Shown here: one piece after another, positions 44,085-53,543 of the stretch
How the letters are laid out: every line of letters begins with the position of its first letter
Numbering within the stretch: position 1 is the stretch's first letter
Assembly (NCBI GenBank): GCA_964370855.1
Contig: CAYJMF010000001.1
Coordinates: forward strand, 5,905-69,904
Source of the DNA: an uncultured Planctomycetota bacterium
GTDB taxonomy: Bacteria; Planctomycetota; JAJSAM01; JAKLKS01
DNA: 64,000 nt
Reading direction: 5' to 3'
Notes under the pieces: generated by a model
Seen by the model: the letters and a program-made list of their open reading frames with translations, nothing else
Told to the model about the DNA's origin: nothing
The model's database searches: none
Translations under genes and position numbers: made by a program

Positions 44085-45087
44085 GAAGCGCGCGAATGCC
44101 CCGAGCCTCACGCACTGGATGTACGACTACTACGGGGAGTTGAAGCCGTTCGCCCGCCGCATCGACCGGAAGATGGCGGTGCTCCCGCTCGTGTTCCTGA
44201 AGTCGCTCGAGTGGGCGATCTACCGGTGGTACCGGACCCCGATCCGGCGTTTCTACGGCGTGAAGGGCAACGAGCTGATCTACATGATCACGCGCCGGTG
44301 CGGCGAGCGCTGCCCCAAGTGCAACATCCCGGCGAACCCCGAGTTGAACCCCGATCACCTCGCTTTGGACCACTTTCTCGAGTGCCTGCGCCGGCTCCAC
44401 GAGAACCTCTACCAGGTGACGCTCACGGGTGGCGAGCCGATGATCTTCCGCGAGGATCTCCTTCGCATCGCCGAGGAGGCCCGGATGCTCGGGGTCCCCA
44501 TGGTCGTAGTGACCGCCGGAGCCCTGCTGACGGAGCCGTTCCTCCGCCGGTACGGGGAGCTGCGCCATGTGCTCGTCATCTCGCTCGACACCGTCGATCC
44601 GGCGAAGTGGAAGGCCTTCCGGGGACGCGATCACTACGAGCGGGTCATGCACAACGTCGCCCTCGCCCGGGAGGTCCTGGGCGACCGCCTTCGGGTCCAG
44701 TCGGTCCTCGCCCGGGAGAGCGAGCACGATATCGCTGGCGTTGCCGCGTTCTGCCGGGAACGCGGGATCCGCCACTCGATCCAGCCCTACATGGACTTCG
44801 GCGGCACATGGCACGGCGTCGACGGGTTGAAGGTCGGCGACGAGCCGTGCGCGGCGCGGAAGAACATCTGCATCTACCCGAACGGGGACGTCGTCAAGTG
44901 CTTCGACCACCGGCGCATCCCGATTGCCCGGGATCCCCTCGGCAACATCGGGCGCGAGGACATCATCGAGATCCTGTGCCGTAGGCGCGCGACCGAGGTG
45001 TCACGCGTGATGAAGACATGCAACCTCCCCTGCAAGCAGATGTCCTGCAACAAGCCCGCCGTCCTCCTCGATGAGGTGCCGGCGTGA
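44062..45087 (+). CDS. radical SAM protein with N-terminal extension (possible RRE) and C-terminal Cys-rich SPASM/twitch-like region
   Basis: CxxxCxxC at CGERCPKC about 95 aa from the start. Seven C-terminal Cys (CAARKNICIYPNGDVVKC...LC...TCNLPCKQMSC). Overlaps the GT2 stop. Start 44062 or 44068. Confidence 0.7.
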   Translation: MHMSLIYRKRANAPSLTHWMYDYYGELKPFARRIDRKMAVLPLVFLKSLEWAIYRWYRTPIRRFYGVKGNELIYMITRRCGERCPKCNIPANPELNPDHLALDHFLECLRRLHENLYQVTLTGGEPMIFREDLLRIAEEARMLGVPMVVVTAGALLTEPFLRRYGELRHVLVISLDTVDPAKWKAFRGRDHYERVMHNVALAREVLGDRLRVQSVLARESEHDIAGVAAFCRERGIRHSIQPYMDFGGTWHGVDGLKVGDEPCAARKNICIYPNGDVVKCFDHRRIPIARDPLGNIGREDIIEILCRRRATEVSRVMKTCNLPCKQMSCNKPAVLLDEVPA

Positions 45088-45641
45088 CGCCTCCCGACCT
45101 CATCGTGATCCGAGGGGCGCCGGGCTCCGGAAAGAGCGAGGCCGCGAAGTGCCTGGCGGCGCGTCTCGGCCGTGGCGCACGGGTGGAAGTCGACACGCTG
45201 CGGGCGATGATCGTCTCCGTGGACTGGACAGACCAGCGGGAGCACATCGCCGTGCTTTCGCTTTCCGTGAGCATGGTCGCCGGCTTCCTTCGGCTGGGAC
45301 ACCGCCCCGTGATCGTGGTGGACACCTTCAGCGGGGACAAGTTGGGGAGGTTCCTGGATGACGTCGGAGCCGCACACCCTGGAGCATCGGTGCGCCCGTT
45401 CTCGCTTGCCCCGAGCAAGTCGGCGCTCCGAGCCCGGGTCGAGGCCAGACCGGAGGGTGGCTACAAGGACCTCCGCGTCTGCGAGAAGCTGAATGCAGAT
45501 GTCGCCCGCCGGCTCGTTCCTGGAGAAACGCTCATCGACAACTCCTCGCTCACGCCGGAGGAGTCCGTGGATGTGATCATGAGGGCTTGCCAGATTTCCA
45601 CTCACCTCACTCCCGCCGCAGCGCCCCCTCCGGGAGCTTGA
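45084..45641 (+). CDS. P-loop kinase-like NTPase (AAA_33-like)
   Basis: Walker A GAPGSGKSE near the N-terminus. 185 aa. Start overlaps the radical SAM stop (GTGA). Confidence 0.65.
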   Translation: MTPPDLIVIRGAPGSGKSEAAKCLAARLGRGARVEVDTLRAMIVSVDWTDQREHIAVLSLSVSMVAGFLRLGHRPVIVVDTFSGDKLGRFLDDVGAAHPGASVRPFSLAPSKSALRARVEARPEGGYKDLRVCEKLNADVARRLVPGETLIDNSSLTPEESVDVIMRACQISTHLTPAAAPPPGA

Positions 45642-45936
45642 GCTCCCGCCCGTCGGCGGGGGCGGTGTAGGTACCGAGGTCGGTGCGACCACGCCCGGCG
45701 TTCCAGAAGAGGACGACGGGGCCCGGTGGCAGGCCGCTGAGCCGGAAGGTGCCGTCCTCCGTCGAGGTCTCCACTCCCATGTAGTGCTCCCCTCCCACCT
45801 CGCCCCCGAACCAGGTGCTGAGTGCGGGTTTCCCCTCGGATGTCAGAAGACGGCCGGTGACCTCGAAGCCTTCCTTCACCGTGAGACGGACATTCGATCG
45901 GACGAGGTGGACCGTTCCATGGTCTCCACGGATGAG
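45607..45936 (-). pseudogene. orphan CarboxypepD_reg-like domain fragment (possible remnant)
   Basis: Translation ...GTVHLVRSNVRLTVKEGFEVTGRLL...GTFRLSGLPPGPVVLFWNAGRGRTDLGTY resembles the C-terminal repeat of the 1014-aa protein at 60931-63975 (GKFRLGGLAEGRVRISVFLEGGERDLGEF). No ATG; only an internal GTG. Confidence 0.3.
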
Positions 45937-46040
45937 TCACCGGCCGGGGCCCGGTCGTTTCAGGGTATCCGGGAGAGCATCCAGAGGCGGCCTGGGTGCG
46001 GGAAGGACCGGTGGCGTCGGGATCGGGGGCCGACGGCTCC

Positions 46041-49000
46041 TTACGGGCTGAGGTTCCCGGGGAACAGCTTCCCGTCCTTCTCCACCATGCGCCCGCTCCT
46101 CTGAAGCCTGTCGAGCGTCATGGAGAGACGCCCTCGGATCTCATCACCCGTGCGGGCGAAGCCGAACTCGCGTGAGGTGGCAACGATCGCGTCGCCGGGC
46201 GTTATTCCGTAGGACCTCGCTACGACTGCCTCCAGGCCCGCCGCCAGCTCGACGAAGGAGATCTCGTGGATTCGGGTCCTGCCCCCCGACGAGTCTGTCC
46301 CCCTCGGGCGAGCCGACTTGGCTCCGGGCAGGCAGAAGAACTCCCTCTCCCCGTGGTCCCCGCCGATGGAGTCGTCCAGGTAGACGAACAGCCCGTTCCG
46401 CACAGCCGTCTTCTGGATTTGGCGAAGGCGATCCTCGATCACCCGGCCGATTCGGCCGCATCGATAGAGAGCGCGGAGCCGCTTCCACACGACCTGTTCA
46501 TGTACGGGCTGCTCGACCTTGACCACCTCCGCGATCTTCGAGGCGATCTCATTGTCGCTGGCGGAACTGATGTCATGGCGGGGGATGTTTTTGAAGAGGA
46601 TCCGTTGATAGGGGTCGAAAGCCGAATCCGAAGCGGCCACCTGGACCGTCTCCCTGTACTTCTCGGACGCATCGTCGCCGGACTTCGGTTCGAAGGACGG
46701 CACCGTTGCGGACCGCACCTGTCGAGCCCTCTCAAGCGCCTCCTCCACCCTGGCCACTTCGCGGGCCGGATCCAGAATCCACGACCTCGACCAGATGCGG
46801 TGGATGGTCCATCCCAGCCCCTCCAGGACACTCTGACGCTGCCAGTCCCGGTCGCGGGCGCTGGGGGAGGAGTGGTAGGTCGCACCGTCGCATTCGATCC
46901 CGAGGTCGAACCCCGAACCGTCCTCCGCCTCCACGGCCAGGTCGATGAAGTACCCGTTGCACCCCACCTGGCAGAACACCTTGTGCCCCCGCGAGACGAG
47001 GGCCCTGTAGACGGCCTCCTCGAACTCGCTCTCGGGTGCGTCGGTCGTGGGCCGCACTTCCCCGGCCTCGAGCGCCCCCGCCGGTGATGCTACATACTCC
47101 AGGTACCGCCGGAGGAGCCGAGGGCCCTGCATCTCGGAGGTGATGTCCTGCGGACGGAGGGAGTGAACGACGGTGAGGCTCATCCGGGCGCGGCTCACGG
47201 CGACATTCAGGCGCCGGTGTCCGCCATCGTGGCTCAGGGGACCGAACCGGTTGGGGACCGCGTCGGAGCCCACGGTGGGTCCGTAGCCGATGTCGAGGAT
47301 GATGTGATCCCGCTCGTCCCCCTGGACATTCTCCAGGTTCTTGACGAAGAACCGCTCATGGCGGTCCTCCGCGAACCGGTCGTCGAGCGCGCGCTCCACG
47401 AGTCGTCGCTCGTTCACGAGGCGTTCGATGAGGTCGGCCTGGGCCCTCGACAAAGCGACCACGCCGATGCTCTCCTTGGGGGGGCGGTCTCTCATGAGTT
47501 CGAAGACCTTGTCGACCACGGCCTCCGCCTCACCTGGGTTGGTTCGAGTGCCCCCTGCGTCGTAGCGCGCGTCTGGCAGGTACACGTCCCGGAGTCCCAG
47601 GTCCGGACGCCCGGGGGAAGCCGTTGGGAATACGAGCAGCCGGCCATCGTAGAAGTAGCGGTTCGAGTACCGGATCAGGTCCTCGTGTCGGCTCCGGTAG
47701 TGGACCATGAGGGAGTGCTCCTCGACGGCAAGCCCCTTCAGACCCACCATTGCATCGAGGATGCTCTCGCGTCCCACGGTCAGGCTCTCCGGGGTCACAT
47801 CGGCTTCCTCGAGCGGAGCATCGTCCTCATCGGCACCCTCACTCCTGAAGAAGTGGGTCGGGGGCAGTTGATGTTCGTCCCCCACGACGACGGCCTGATC
47901 GGCCCGAGATAGCGCGGGAATGGCATCCCAGGGAAAGACCTGCGAAGCCTCGTCGAAGATCACCGTATCGAAGGCGGGCCCCGTTTCCGTCACGGCACAG
48001 CGCGGGAGGAACTGGCTCACGGCCAGCGGGCTCATGAGGAAGCAGGGCTTGAGGGACTGGATGACATTGGGGATCTCCTCCATGAGCCACCGGACCGGGC
48101 GCTGCCTTCGCTTCTTCGTGAGCTCGGTCTGGAGCTGTCCCAGTTCCCCGAGGCCGCGCGTGGGAAGCCCCTGGTCGGGGTACTTGCCGAAGCACCGCTC
48201 CCGAACCCGCTCCCGGTTCGCAAGAACGAAGGCGCGGTCCAGGTCCTTGAAACTGCGGCGGCGCGCGTCAAGGTCCGGCGCCGTCGTGCGCAACTCCGTC
48301 GTCGTGGCGTAGGCGTGATCGAGCCAGGCCTCGTACACCCTTCGAAGAACGACTCCAGGAACTTCGTCCGCGTTGTCGGTGGCCTGCCACACTCCATCCA
48401 CCACCCCGTCCTCCAGGAAGGCGTGAACCTCCTCCACGGCCTGCAGGTAGTCCAGCCAGGCATGGGCGGACTCGGGGGCTTCCAGGATCTCCTCAGACCA
48501 GGCCTTGCCCGTCTCGAATCGGAATGTCTCCGCATCAGGGCAGGGAGTCTCCTGGAGGCTGAAAATCAGACCGGCCGCTGCATGCGCCTCGGCCAGCTTC
48601 GCGACAAGGCCCTTCAACCGGGCGGCAGGCTTCCGGTAGTCCTCCCCCTGTTGGGGGTGTTCCAGGTGGCACTTCAAGACATCGCTGGTGATGTCGGGGA
48701 GCGCCTCCCCATGACCGCCCATCCACTGTGCGGCAGGTCCCAGCGAGGCCCAGTCACCGGTCTCCGGGAGGAACTCCTCCGGAACTTCGGCAAACAGGGT
48801 CCTCCAGATGTCGTCCAGAGTCCTCCGGCACTCGTCCCGGTTCTGAACGGCTCTCAACGCCCCCCTCAGCGACTCCAACGATGGAACCGCGTCGGACAGG
48901 CATCCACTCAGCCGGGACCGCGCACCGGCCAGGATCTCTGCCACGGCCCTCACTGCCGTCAGGGCCTCCAGGATGTCGCTCACATGTGTGGCAGGATCGA

Positions 49001-51749
49001 TGGCGCCCCTGCTGACTCCCTCCAGGTAGGCGACTCCGGTCGGGAGAGCCCCCGGATCCTCCGAGGGGGCGCACTCCCTCCACAACATGTCCGTGGTTTG
49101 CCGCAGGGCCCTCATCCTCTCCAGGACCGTGGCTCTCGCCTCCCCAAGCTCCTTCTTCGCTTCCTTGGAACACAGGAGGGAGGGGAGCGTGTCTCCGGAC
49201 AGCCGCTCCTCCACGAGGAGAGAAGGCACCTGCCCGAGGAGCCCGGTCAGGACCTCCCAGTCTCCGACCGAAGCATCAAAGACGCCGGCCGTGGCCATTG
49301 ACAAGGCATGCATCTGCTCCTTCAGCTCGGCGCGCTTCTCCTTGACCTGCATGACCCGGTTCAGGACGGAGAGAATGTCCTCCCGCACCAGCTTTCCAGA
49401 CGAAGTCCTGTTGCCGGCCACGGTCCGCCAGTCGCGCCGGTACTGCATCGAGAACAGGCGGCGCCAGAAGGACTGGTAGTCCACCTTGAAGCGGAGGAGC
49501 ATGTCCTCGTCTACGGCATCCACGAGCCGTAGCGAGTAGTCGCTGGCCAGGTCCATCTCCGCGGCGGTGAGTTCCCTCCGGAGGACCCCGGCCCTCTCGG
49601 CTAGGACCTCGATCCTGCGGACACCCTCCACGGTGCTCCACACGGCAGGAAGCACGGGCAGTCTCCCCAGCGCGAGGCTGGTGTCGAGCGCCCATGGGAC
49701 ATCATCCAGTGAGTCCGGAGTCGGCCGCGCCATCAGGAGGGAGTGGAGGGCATTCGCCCCGGCGAGGAGCCCCCGAAACGAGGACTCGACGGCGGCGATG
49801 TGTCGCGCAACCAGTTCATTCCGTTCCAGGAGAAGGCGGTCCCAGTCGGCCCCCAGAAGTACTCGGCACGCCCTGCCCTTGGACTCGTCGATGTTGAGCA
49901 GGGTGAGGATGTCGGGAATGGACTCCAGTGCGGGGGAGTGGGTGAACACGACGGCAATCTCCCCGTCAAGTCTCCGAACCTCCTCCACCTTCGGCAGGGC
50001 CCTTCCGTACAGGTCCCGGAACTTCCTCCGGCGCGATGGAGAGCACCAGGCGGAGGGGACGCCGGGACATGTGGCCATGGCATCGAGAATCGGGACCAGC
50101 CGCGAAGCCTCTCCGGCGCACCGGGGCCGTTCCGTCCCCAGCCACCGCCCTGTCGCCTCCGACTCCCGGTCGAGTTCCTCGATGGCCCCGCCGAGGGCAT
50201 TCGCAACGTCACGGATGTCCGTGGTCAGGCGAAGCGTGCTCGACCGGGCCTTAAGGGCCCTCCACCGGCTGGTGCCGTGTTCCGAGTACTCGCGCTGACG
50301 ACGCTGGATCCTCGCGAGGGCGCCGTCAATCTGCGAGAGACGCTCTCCTGTGAGGCCCCCGACACCGGTCACAGAGAAGTCCACCACGGGATAGTCATGG
50401 ACCAGGCTGAACCTGCCCTGAACCTGGAACACGGTGAGCCCCAGTGGCTCCCGAACCCGATGAAGTTCCCTGGTCAGGGTGTTGAGCTGGGTCCGTATCT
50501 TCTCCAGCTTCTCGAAGGGCACCCCCTTTGCCCGGGTCCGGGATTCATCGAGCGCATCCCGGAGTTGTCCGTAAACGGACGCCTTGCGTCCTCTCTCGCT
50601 GTGAAGGTCCAGGCAGAAGACTCCCAGGTCGCACTCCTCTAGTCGCCGCTTCACCACATCCAGGGCGGCGGTCTTCTCGCTTACGAAGAGGACCCTCTTC
50701 CCGTCGGCGAGCAACCCCGCGATGATGTTGGCGATGGTCTGGGACTTTCCCGTTCCCGGAGGCCCGTGAATCACCATGTGGGAGCCGGCCCTTGCACGCT
50801 CGATGGAGATCAACTGGCTGAAGTCGGCCTCCATCACCGTGTGTTCGTTCTTCACGCCGATCAGGTCATCCAGCCTCCCCCCCGTGAGCTCCGCGACGGG
50901 GGGGAACGGGGAGGCGTGCTTCTCACTCTCGTCCCTGAGGCTTCCGATGTCTCCGGCGAGGCACCGAACGAGGGGATGGTCCACCCCCTGCTTGCGCATC
51001 GCGTCCAGGTCCTCCCAGATGGCCATCTTCGAGAAGGCGAAAGTGGCGAGGTAGACATCCTCCCGGACCACCCAGTCCGGCTTCCCTCGGATGGCCTCCC
51101 GGACCCGATCGAGGTACTGGGATGGAGACTCCTGCCCAAGGTCGGGGATCTCCACTCCCAGCGCCCCGACCTTCTGGCGCAGGGTGGAGTTGTGGACGGG
51201 ATCGTCCCCCTCCTTCAGGAGGAGGAAGGGATCCCGGGGAGACTCCCGCAGAAGGTCGCAGGGGCAGAGGAACAACGGCGCGATGGCCCGGGTCCCCTCG
51301 TCGTCGATCCACTGGAGGGTCCCGACCGCCAGGAACAGGACGTTGAGGCCCTGCTCCTCCATCCACTCGCGCTCCCTCTTCCGGAGAGCGGAGAGCCGCT
51401 TCTGGAGCTCACGGGGGTCGCCATCGGTGTCGAGATCCCCTTCGATGACGAAGTAGTCAGGCTCGGACTCGTCATCAGCACTGCTCTCGGGTGCGAAGAG
51501 GTTCCTCTCGTCCCGCCTCCCCCGGGGCTGAACATGGTCGAAGGACAGCCCCTTCTCGGAGTCCTCCAGGTTCTGGTAGAGGTCGTCCACGTCCTCGGTA
51601 AGGATGCGGACGGAGGAGCGGCTAGCCTTGAAGTAGAGGAGGCCGTTGCGGCGATCGAGCTGGAGGACGCGCGCCTGCCACTCCGCGATCCGCGTCTTCA
51701 GGTCGGACCTGGAGGATGCCCTGTCGCCGTTGGGTCCCATCGCCTTCAC
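46041..51749 (-). CDS. 1902-aa DUF4011 / Upf1-DNA2-like SF1 helicase with C-terminal REase-like (DUF559) and DUF3320-like domains
   Basis: Walker A HGPPGTGKSQT and Walker B VIFDEASQ. SF1 C-terminal motifs (VVGDEHQLPP, YRSRHEDLI, LNVAVSRAR). A Vsr/DUF559-like endonuclease fold (FCQVGCNGYFIDLAVEAEDGSGFDLGIECDGATYHSSPSARDRDWQRQSVLEGLGWTIHRIWS) and a long C-terminal tail. Confidence 0.85.
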   Translation of the reverse strand: MKAMGPNGDRASSRSDLKTRIAEWQARVLQLDRRNGLLYFKASRSSVRILTEDVDDLYQNLEDSEKGLSFDHVQPRGRRDERNLFAPESSADDESEPDYFVIEGDLDTDGDPRELQKRLSALRKREREWMEEQGLNVLFLAVGTLQWIDDEGTRAIAPLFLCPCDLLRESPRDPFLLLKEGDDPVHNSTLRQKVGALGVEIPDLGQESPSQYLDRVREAIRGKPDWVVREDVYLATFAFSKMAIWEDLDAMRKQGVDHPLVRCLAGDIGSLRDESEKHASPFPPVAELTGGRLDDLIGVKNEHTVMEADFSQLISIERARAGSHMVIHGPPGTGKSQTIANIIAGLLADGKRVLFVSEKTAALDVVKRRLEECDLGVFCLDLHSERGRKASVYGQLRDALDESRTRAKGVPFEKLEKIRTQLNTLTRELHRVREPLGLTVFQVQGRFSLVHDYPVVDFSVTGVGGLTGERLSQIDGALARIQRRQREYSEHGTSRWRALKARSSTLRLTTDIRDVANALGGAIEELDRESEATGRWLGTERPRCAGEASRLVPILDAMATCPGVPSAWCSPSRRRKFRDLYGRALPKVEEVRRLDGEIAVVFTHSPALESIPDILTLLNIDESKGRACRVLLGADWDRLLLERNELVARHIAAVESSFRGLLAGANALHSLLMARPTPDSLDDVPWALDTSLALGRLPVLPAVWSTVEGVRRIEVLAERAGVLRRELTAAEMDLASDYSLRLVDAVDEDMLLRFKVDYQSFWRRLFSMQYRRDWRTVAGNRTSSGKLVREDILSVLNRVMQVKEKRAELKEQMHALSMATAGVFDASVGDWEVLTGLLGQVPSLLVEERLSGDTLPSLLCSKEAKKELGEARATVLERMRALRQTTDMLWRECAPSEDPGALPTGVAYLEGVSRGAIDPATHVSDILEALTAVRAVAEILAGARSRLSGCLSDAVPSLESLRGALRAVQNRDECRRTLDDIWRTLFAEVPEEFLPETGDWASLGPAAQWMGGHGEALPDITSDVLKCHLEHPQQGEDYRKPAARLKGLVAKLAEAHAAAGLIFSLQETPCPDAETFRFETGKAWSEEILEAPESAHAWLDYLQAVEEVHAFLEDGVVDGVWQATDNADEVPGVVLRRVYEAWLDHAYATTTELRTTAPDLDARRRSFKDLDRAFVLANRERVRERCFGKYPDQGLPTRGLGELGQLQTELTKKRRQRPVRWLMEEIPNVIQSLKPCFLMSPLAVSQFLPRCAVTETGPAFDTVIFDEASQVFPWDAIPALSRADQAVVVGDEHQLPPTHFFRSEGADEDDAPLEEADVTPESLTVGRESILDAMVGLKGLAVEEHSLMVHYRSRHEDLIRYSNRYFYDGRLLVFPTASPGRPDLGLRDVYLPDARYDAGGTRTNPGEAEAVVDKVFELMRDRPPKESIGVVALSRAQADLIERLVNERRLVERALDDRFAEDRHERFFVKNLENVQGDERDHIILDIGYGPTVGSDAVPNRFGPLSHDGGHRRLNVAVSRARMSLTVVHSLRPQDITSEMQGPRLLRRYLEYVASPAGALEAGEVRPTTDAPESEFEEAVYRALVSRGHKVFCQVGCNGYFIDLAVEAEDGSGFDLGIECDGATYHSSPSARDRDWQRQSVLEGLGWTIHRIWSRSWILDPAREVARVEEALERARQVRSATVPSFEPKSGDDASEKYRETVQVAASDSAFDPYQRILFKNIPRHDISSASDNEIASKIAEVVKVEQPVHEQVVWKRLRALYRCGRIGRVIEDRLRQIQKTAVRNGLFVYLDDSIGGDHGEREFFCLPGAKSARPRGTDSSGGRTRIHEISFVELAAGLEAVVARSYGITPGDAIVATSREFGFARTGDEIRGRLSMTLDRLQRSGRMVEKDGKLFPGNLSP

Positions 51750-52391
51750 CTGCCTGATCCCGCCGAGGGCACCTCGGCTTCCCGATCGAAGAGGTTACCG
51801 TCCGATGCTGCGAGAACGGCATCGCATCCACGACTCCCGGGAGTCCGGCTCCTCCGAATCGAAGGGGTGACGCCGGCCCAGGGGGAGGGTCTTCCCGAGA
51901 TCGTCGTGTGGCTGGAACCGGCCGGCACTTGACAGTGTCGGGAGCGGCGACGTCCGTTGTCGCCGCCATCCACTCCGGCGAACACGGGCGGGTCCCTTCG
52001 CGGAGCCTCGGGTTCCTCGGCCGAGGAGTACCTCAAGGCGCCCGCCGGGTGGGAGGACCTTGCCGCCGCCTTGGCGGACGCCTTGACGGCCGGCCCCGGG
52101 GAGTCCGTCGAGGTGCGGATCAGGGTGATGCGGAACTAGGAGGTCCAGAGAACGACTGTGGCTGTTAACGGCAGGGTTGTAGGTTTGAGTCCTATTCGGG
52201 GAGCCACACAACCGTCGTCGGCTCCGTCCCTTGCGGCGACCGGGGCTGTCCCGTCCTGTGCGTCCGACCGGCCGTGGCACCCAACATGGCACCCTGAATG
52301 CGGCCAACGGCACGACTCATACCCCATGGGACCGGGGGAGTCAACGGAGGTCGGACCGGGCGTCGGGGGTCGGTAGTACTCTCCCTTCGCC

Positions 52392-53021
52392 ATGAGTTGG
52401 GCCCAGACCGTCACCAGGAACCTGCTGCCGCTTTCGGTCGCCGACACCTTTGAGGCGGCGATGCAGGAGTGGGCTGCGACCGGAGACTGCGAGATCCGTG
52501 AGGAGGCCGACGGGACCTGCGAACTCTGCGAGCATGAAGACATCCGCTACGAGTTCGAGATCACCAACGACCTGAATGGGAATCGGATGGAGGCAGTCGG
52601 GTCGAAGTGCATCACGAAGTTCATCCGCCTCTTCGACGGCGAGGTGGAGATCCTGGGGGAGTCGAACAAGGACGCCTATCTCGCTCGGCGGGCAAGGCAG
52701 GCCCTCGATGCGATGCGGAGGGACAAGGCCTGGGGCGTGCTTCTGGCCATCTCCCGGAAGAACACCGACTTCCCCGCCGCGCACCTCTTCGAGTCGTGGG
52801 AGAAGGGGCACACGATCAAGCAGTTGTGGTGGATCCTGTCCGCGGGCAAGCACGCGAGCATCCAAGTGGATATCGGCCTCTTCAACGCGGCCTTCAGGCG
52901 GGAGAGGTACAGGGACCAGGTACGCGAGACCCCGCCATGGAAGTACGCGAAGATCCGTCCTGCTCTTTCATCCGCGCAGCGGGCGAAGTACGACCCCGAG
53001 TTCGGCTGGAAGGGGAAGTAG
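52392..53021 (+). CDS. hypothetical protein with Cys/His cluster
   Basis: 209 aa. GDCEIREEADGTCELCEHEDIRYEF ... GSKCITKF is a possible metal-binding motif. No family recognised. Confidence 0.5.
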   Translation: MSWAQTVTRNLLPLSVADTFEAAMQEWAATGDCEIREEADGTCELCEHEDIRYEFEITNDLNGNRMEAVGSKCITKFIRLFDGEVEILGESNKDAYLARRARQALDAMRRDKAWGVLLAISRKNTDFPAAHLFESWEKGHTIKQLWWILSAGKHASIQVDIGLFNAAFRRERYRDQVRETPPWKYAKIRPALSSAQRAKYDPEFGWKGK

Positions 53022-53178
53022 CCGGTCAGGCCCGCAGCGGGCGCTCGGGCCACAACCCCACCGCCGCCCGTTACCGCGTCGTGCCCGACCACCCGGACTC
53101 CCCCTACAAGAAACGTGGCGTTCGCGCCGTGGCGTAGGGGCAACGAGTCCGAGCGGCCGGGCAGTTCGACGGTGCTAC

Positions 53179-53394
53179 CTACTTGCTCGGCGCCGACGGC
53201 GGAGCGTTCGTCCGGCCGCCACCGGAGGGGTTGCCAGTCGTGGACGGCCAGCCGCCGCCCCCGCCGCCACCCTTCCCGCCGCCGCCACCTCCGCTCCCGC
53301 CCTTGCCGCCGCCCCCATCTCCTCCGCCGCCGCCCTTGCCACCACCTCCGCCTCCGCCGCCTCCACCCTTGCCGCCACCGCCGCCCTTGCTCAT
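53179..53394 (-). CDS. Gly/Lys-rich low-complexity peptide (71 aa)
   Basis: ATG 53394 with GGAGA SD 8 nt upstream. MSKGGGGGKGGGGGGGGGGKGGGGGDGGGGKGGSGGGGGGKGGGGGGGWPSTTGNPSGGGRTNAPPSAPSK. Encoded by a GGC/GGT/GGA/AAG microsatellite-like tract. The opposite-strand Pro-rich frame 53183-53449 is the alternative reading. Confidence 0.4.
   Translation of the reverse strand: MSKGGGGGKGGGGGGGGGGKGGGGGDGGGGKGGSGGGGGGKGGGGGGGWPSTTGNPSGGGRTNAPPSAPSK
53230..53390. repeat. GGN/AAG codon-level simple-sequence tract
   Basis: Near-periodic (GGC)n/(GGT)/(GGA) with interspersed AAG, seen directly. Potentially length-variable. Confidence 0.6.
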
Positions 53395-53543
53395 GGCGAG
53401 TCTCCTATCCCGGGTAGGGACCATTCCCTGGCCGGGAGCCCGAGCATGACGAGGGGCTTGAGCGCCCCCCAAAGAACTGGCGCTCGGGTTGCCCCGTGTC
53501 GTCCCGACGGCCGGGTAGGCTCTCCGTCTCGGAGGAGTCGGCT

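Noticed and set aside
44062-45641. Prokaryotic viperin (pVip) + nucleotide kinase
   Set aside because: pVips have the CxxxCxxC motif within the first ~20 residues and no SPASM-like Cys cluster. Here the motif is ~95 residues in and seven C-terminal Cys are present.
51957-52139. 60-aa ORF in the helicase / 52392 intergenic region
   Set aside because: Plausible-looking peptide (…EDLAAALADALTAGPGESVEVRIRVMRN) but GTG-only start, no SD and no motif. Left uncalled.
53183-53449. Pro-rich 88-aa ORF on the plus strand (mirror of the Gly-rich frame)
   Set aside because: No SD. It is the antisense reading of the same simple repeat. The minus-strand frame has a GGAGA SD and an ATG.
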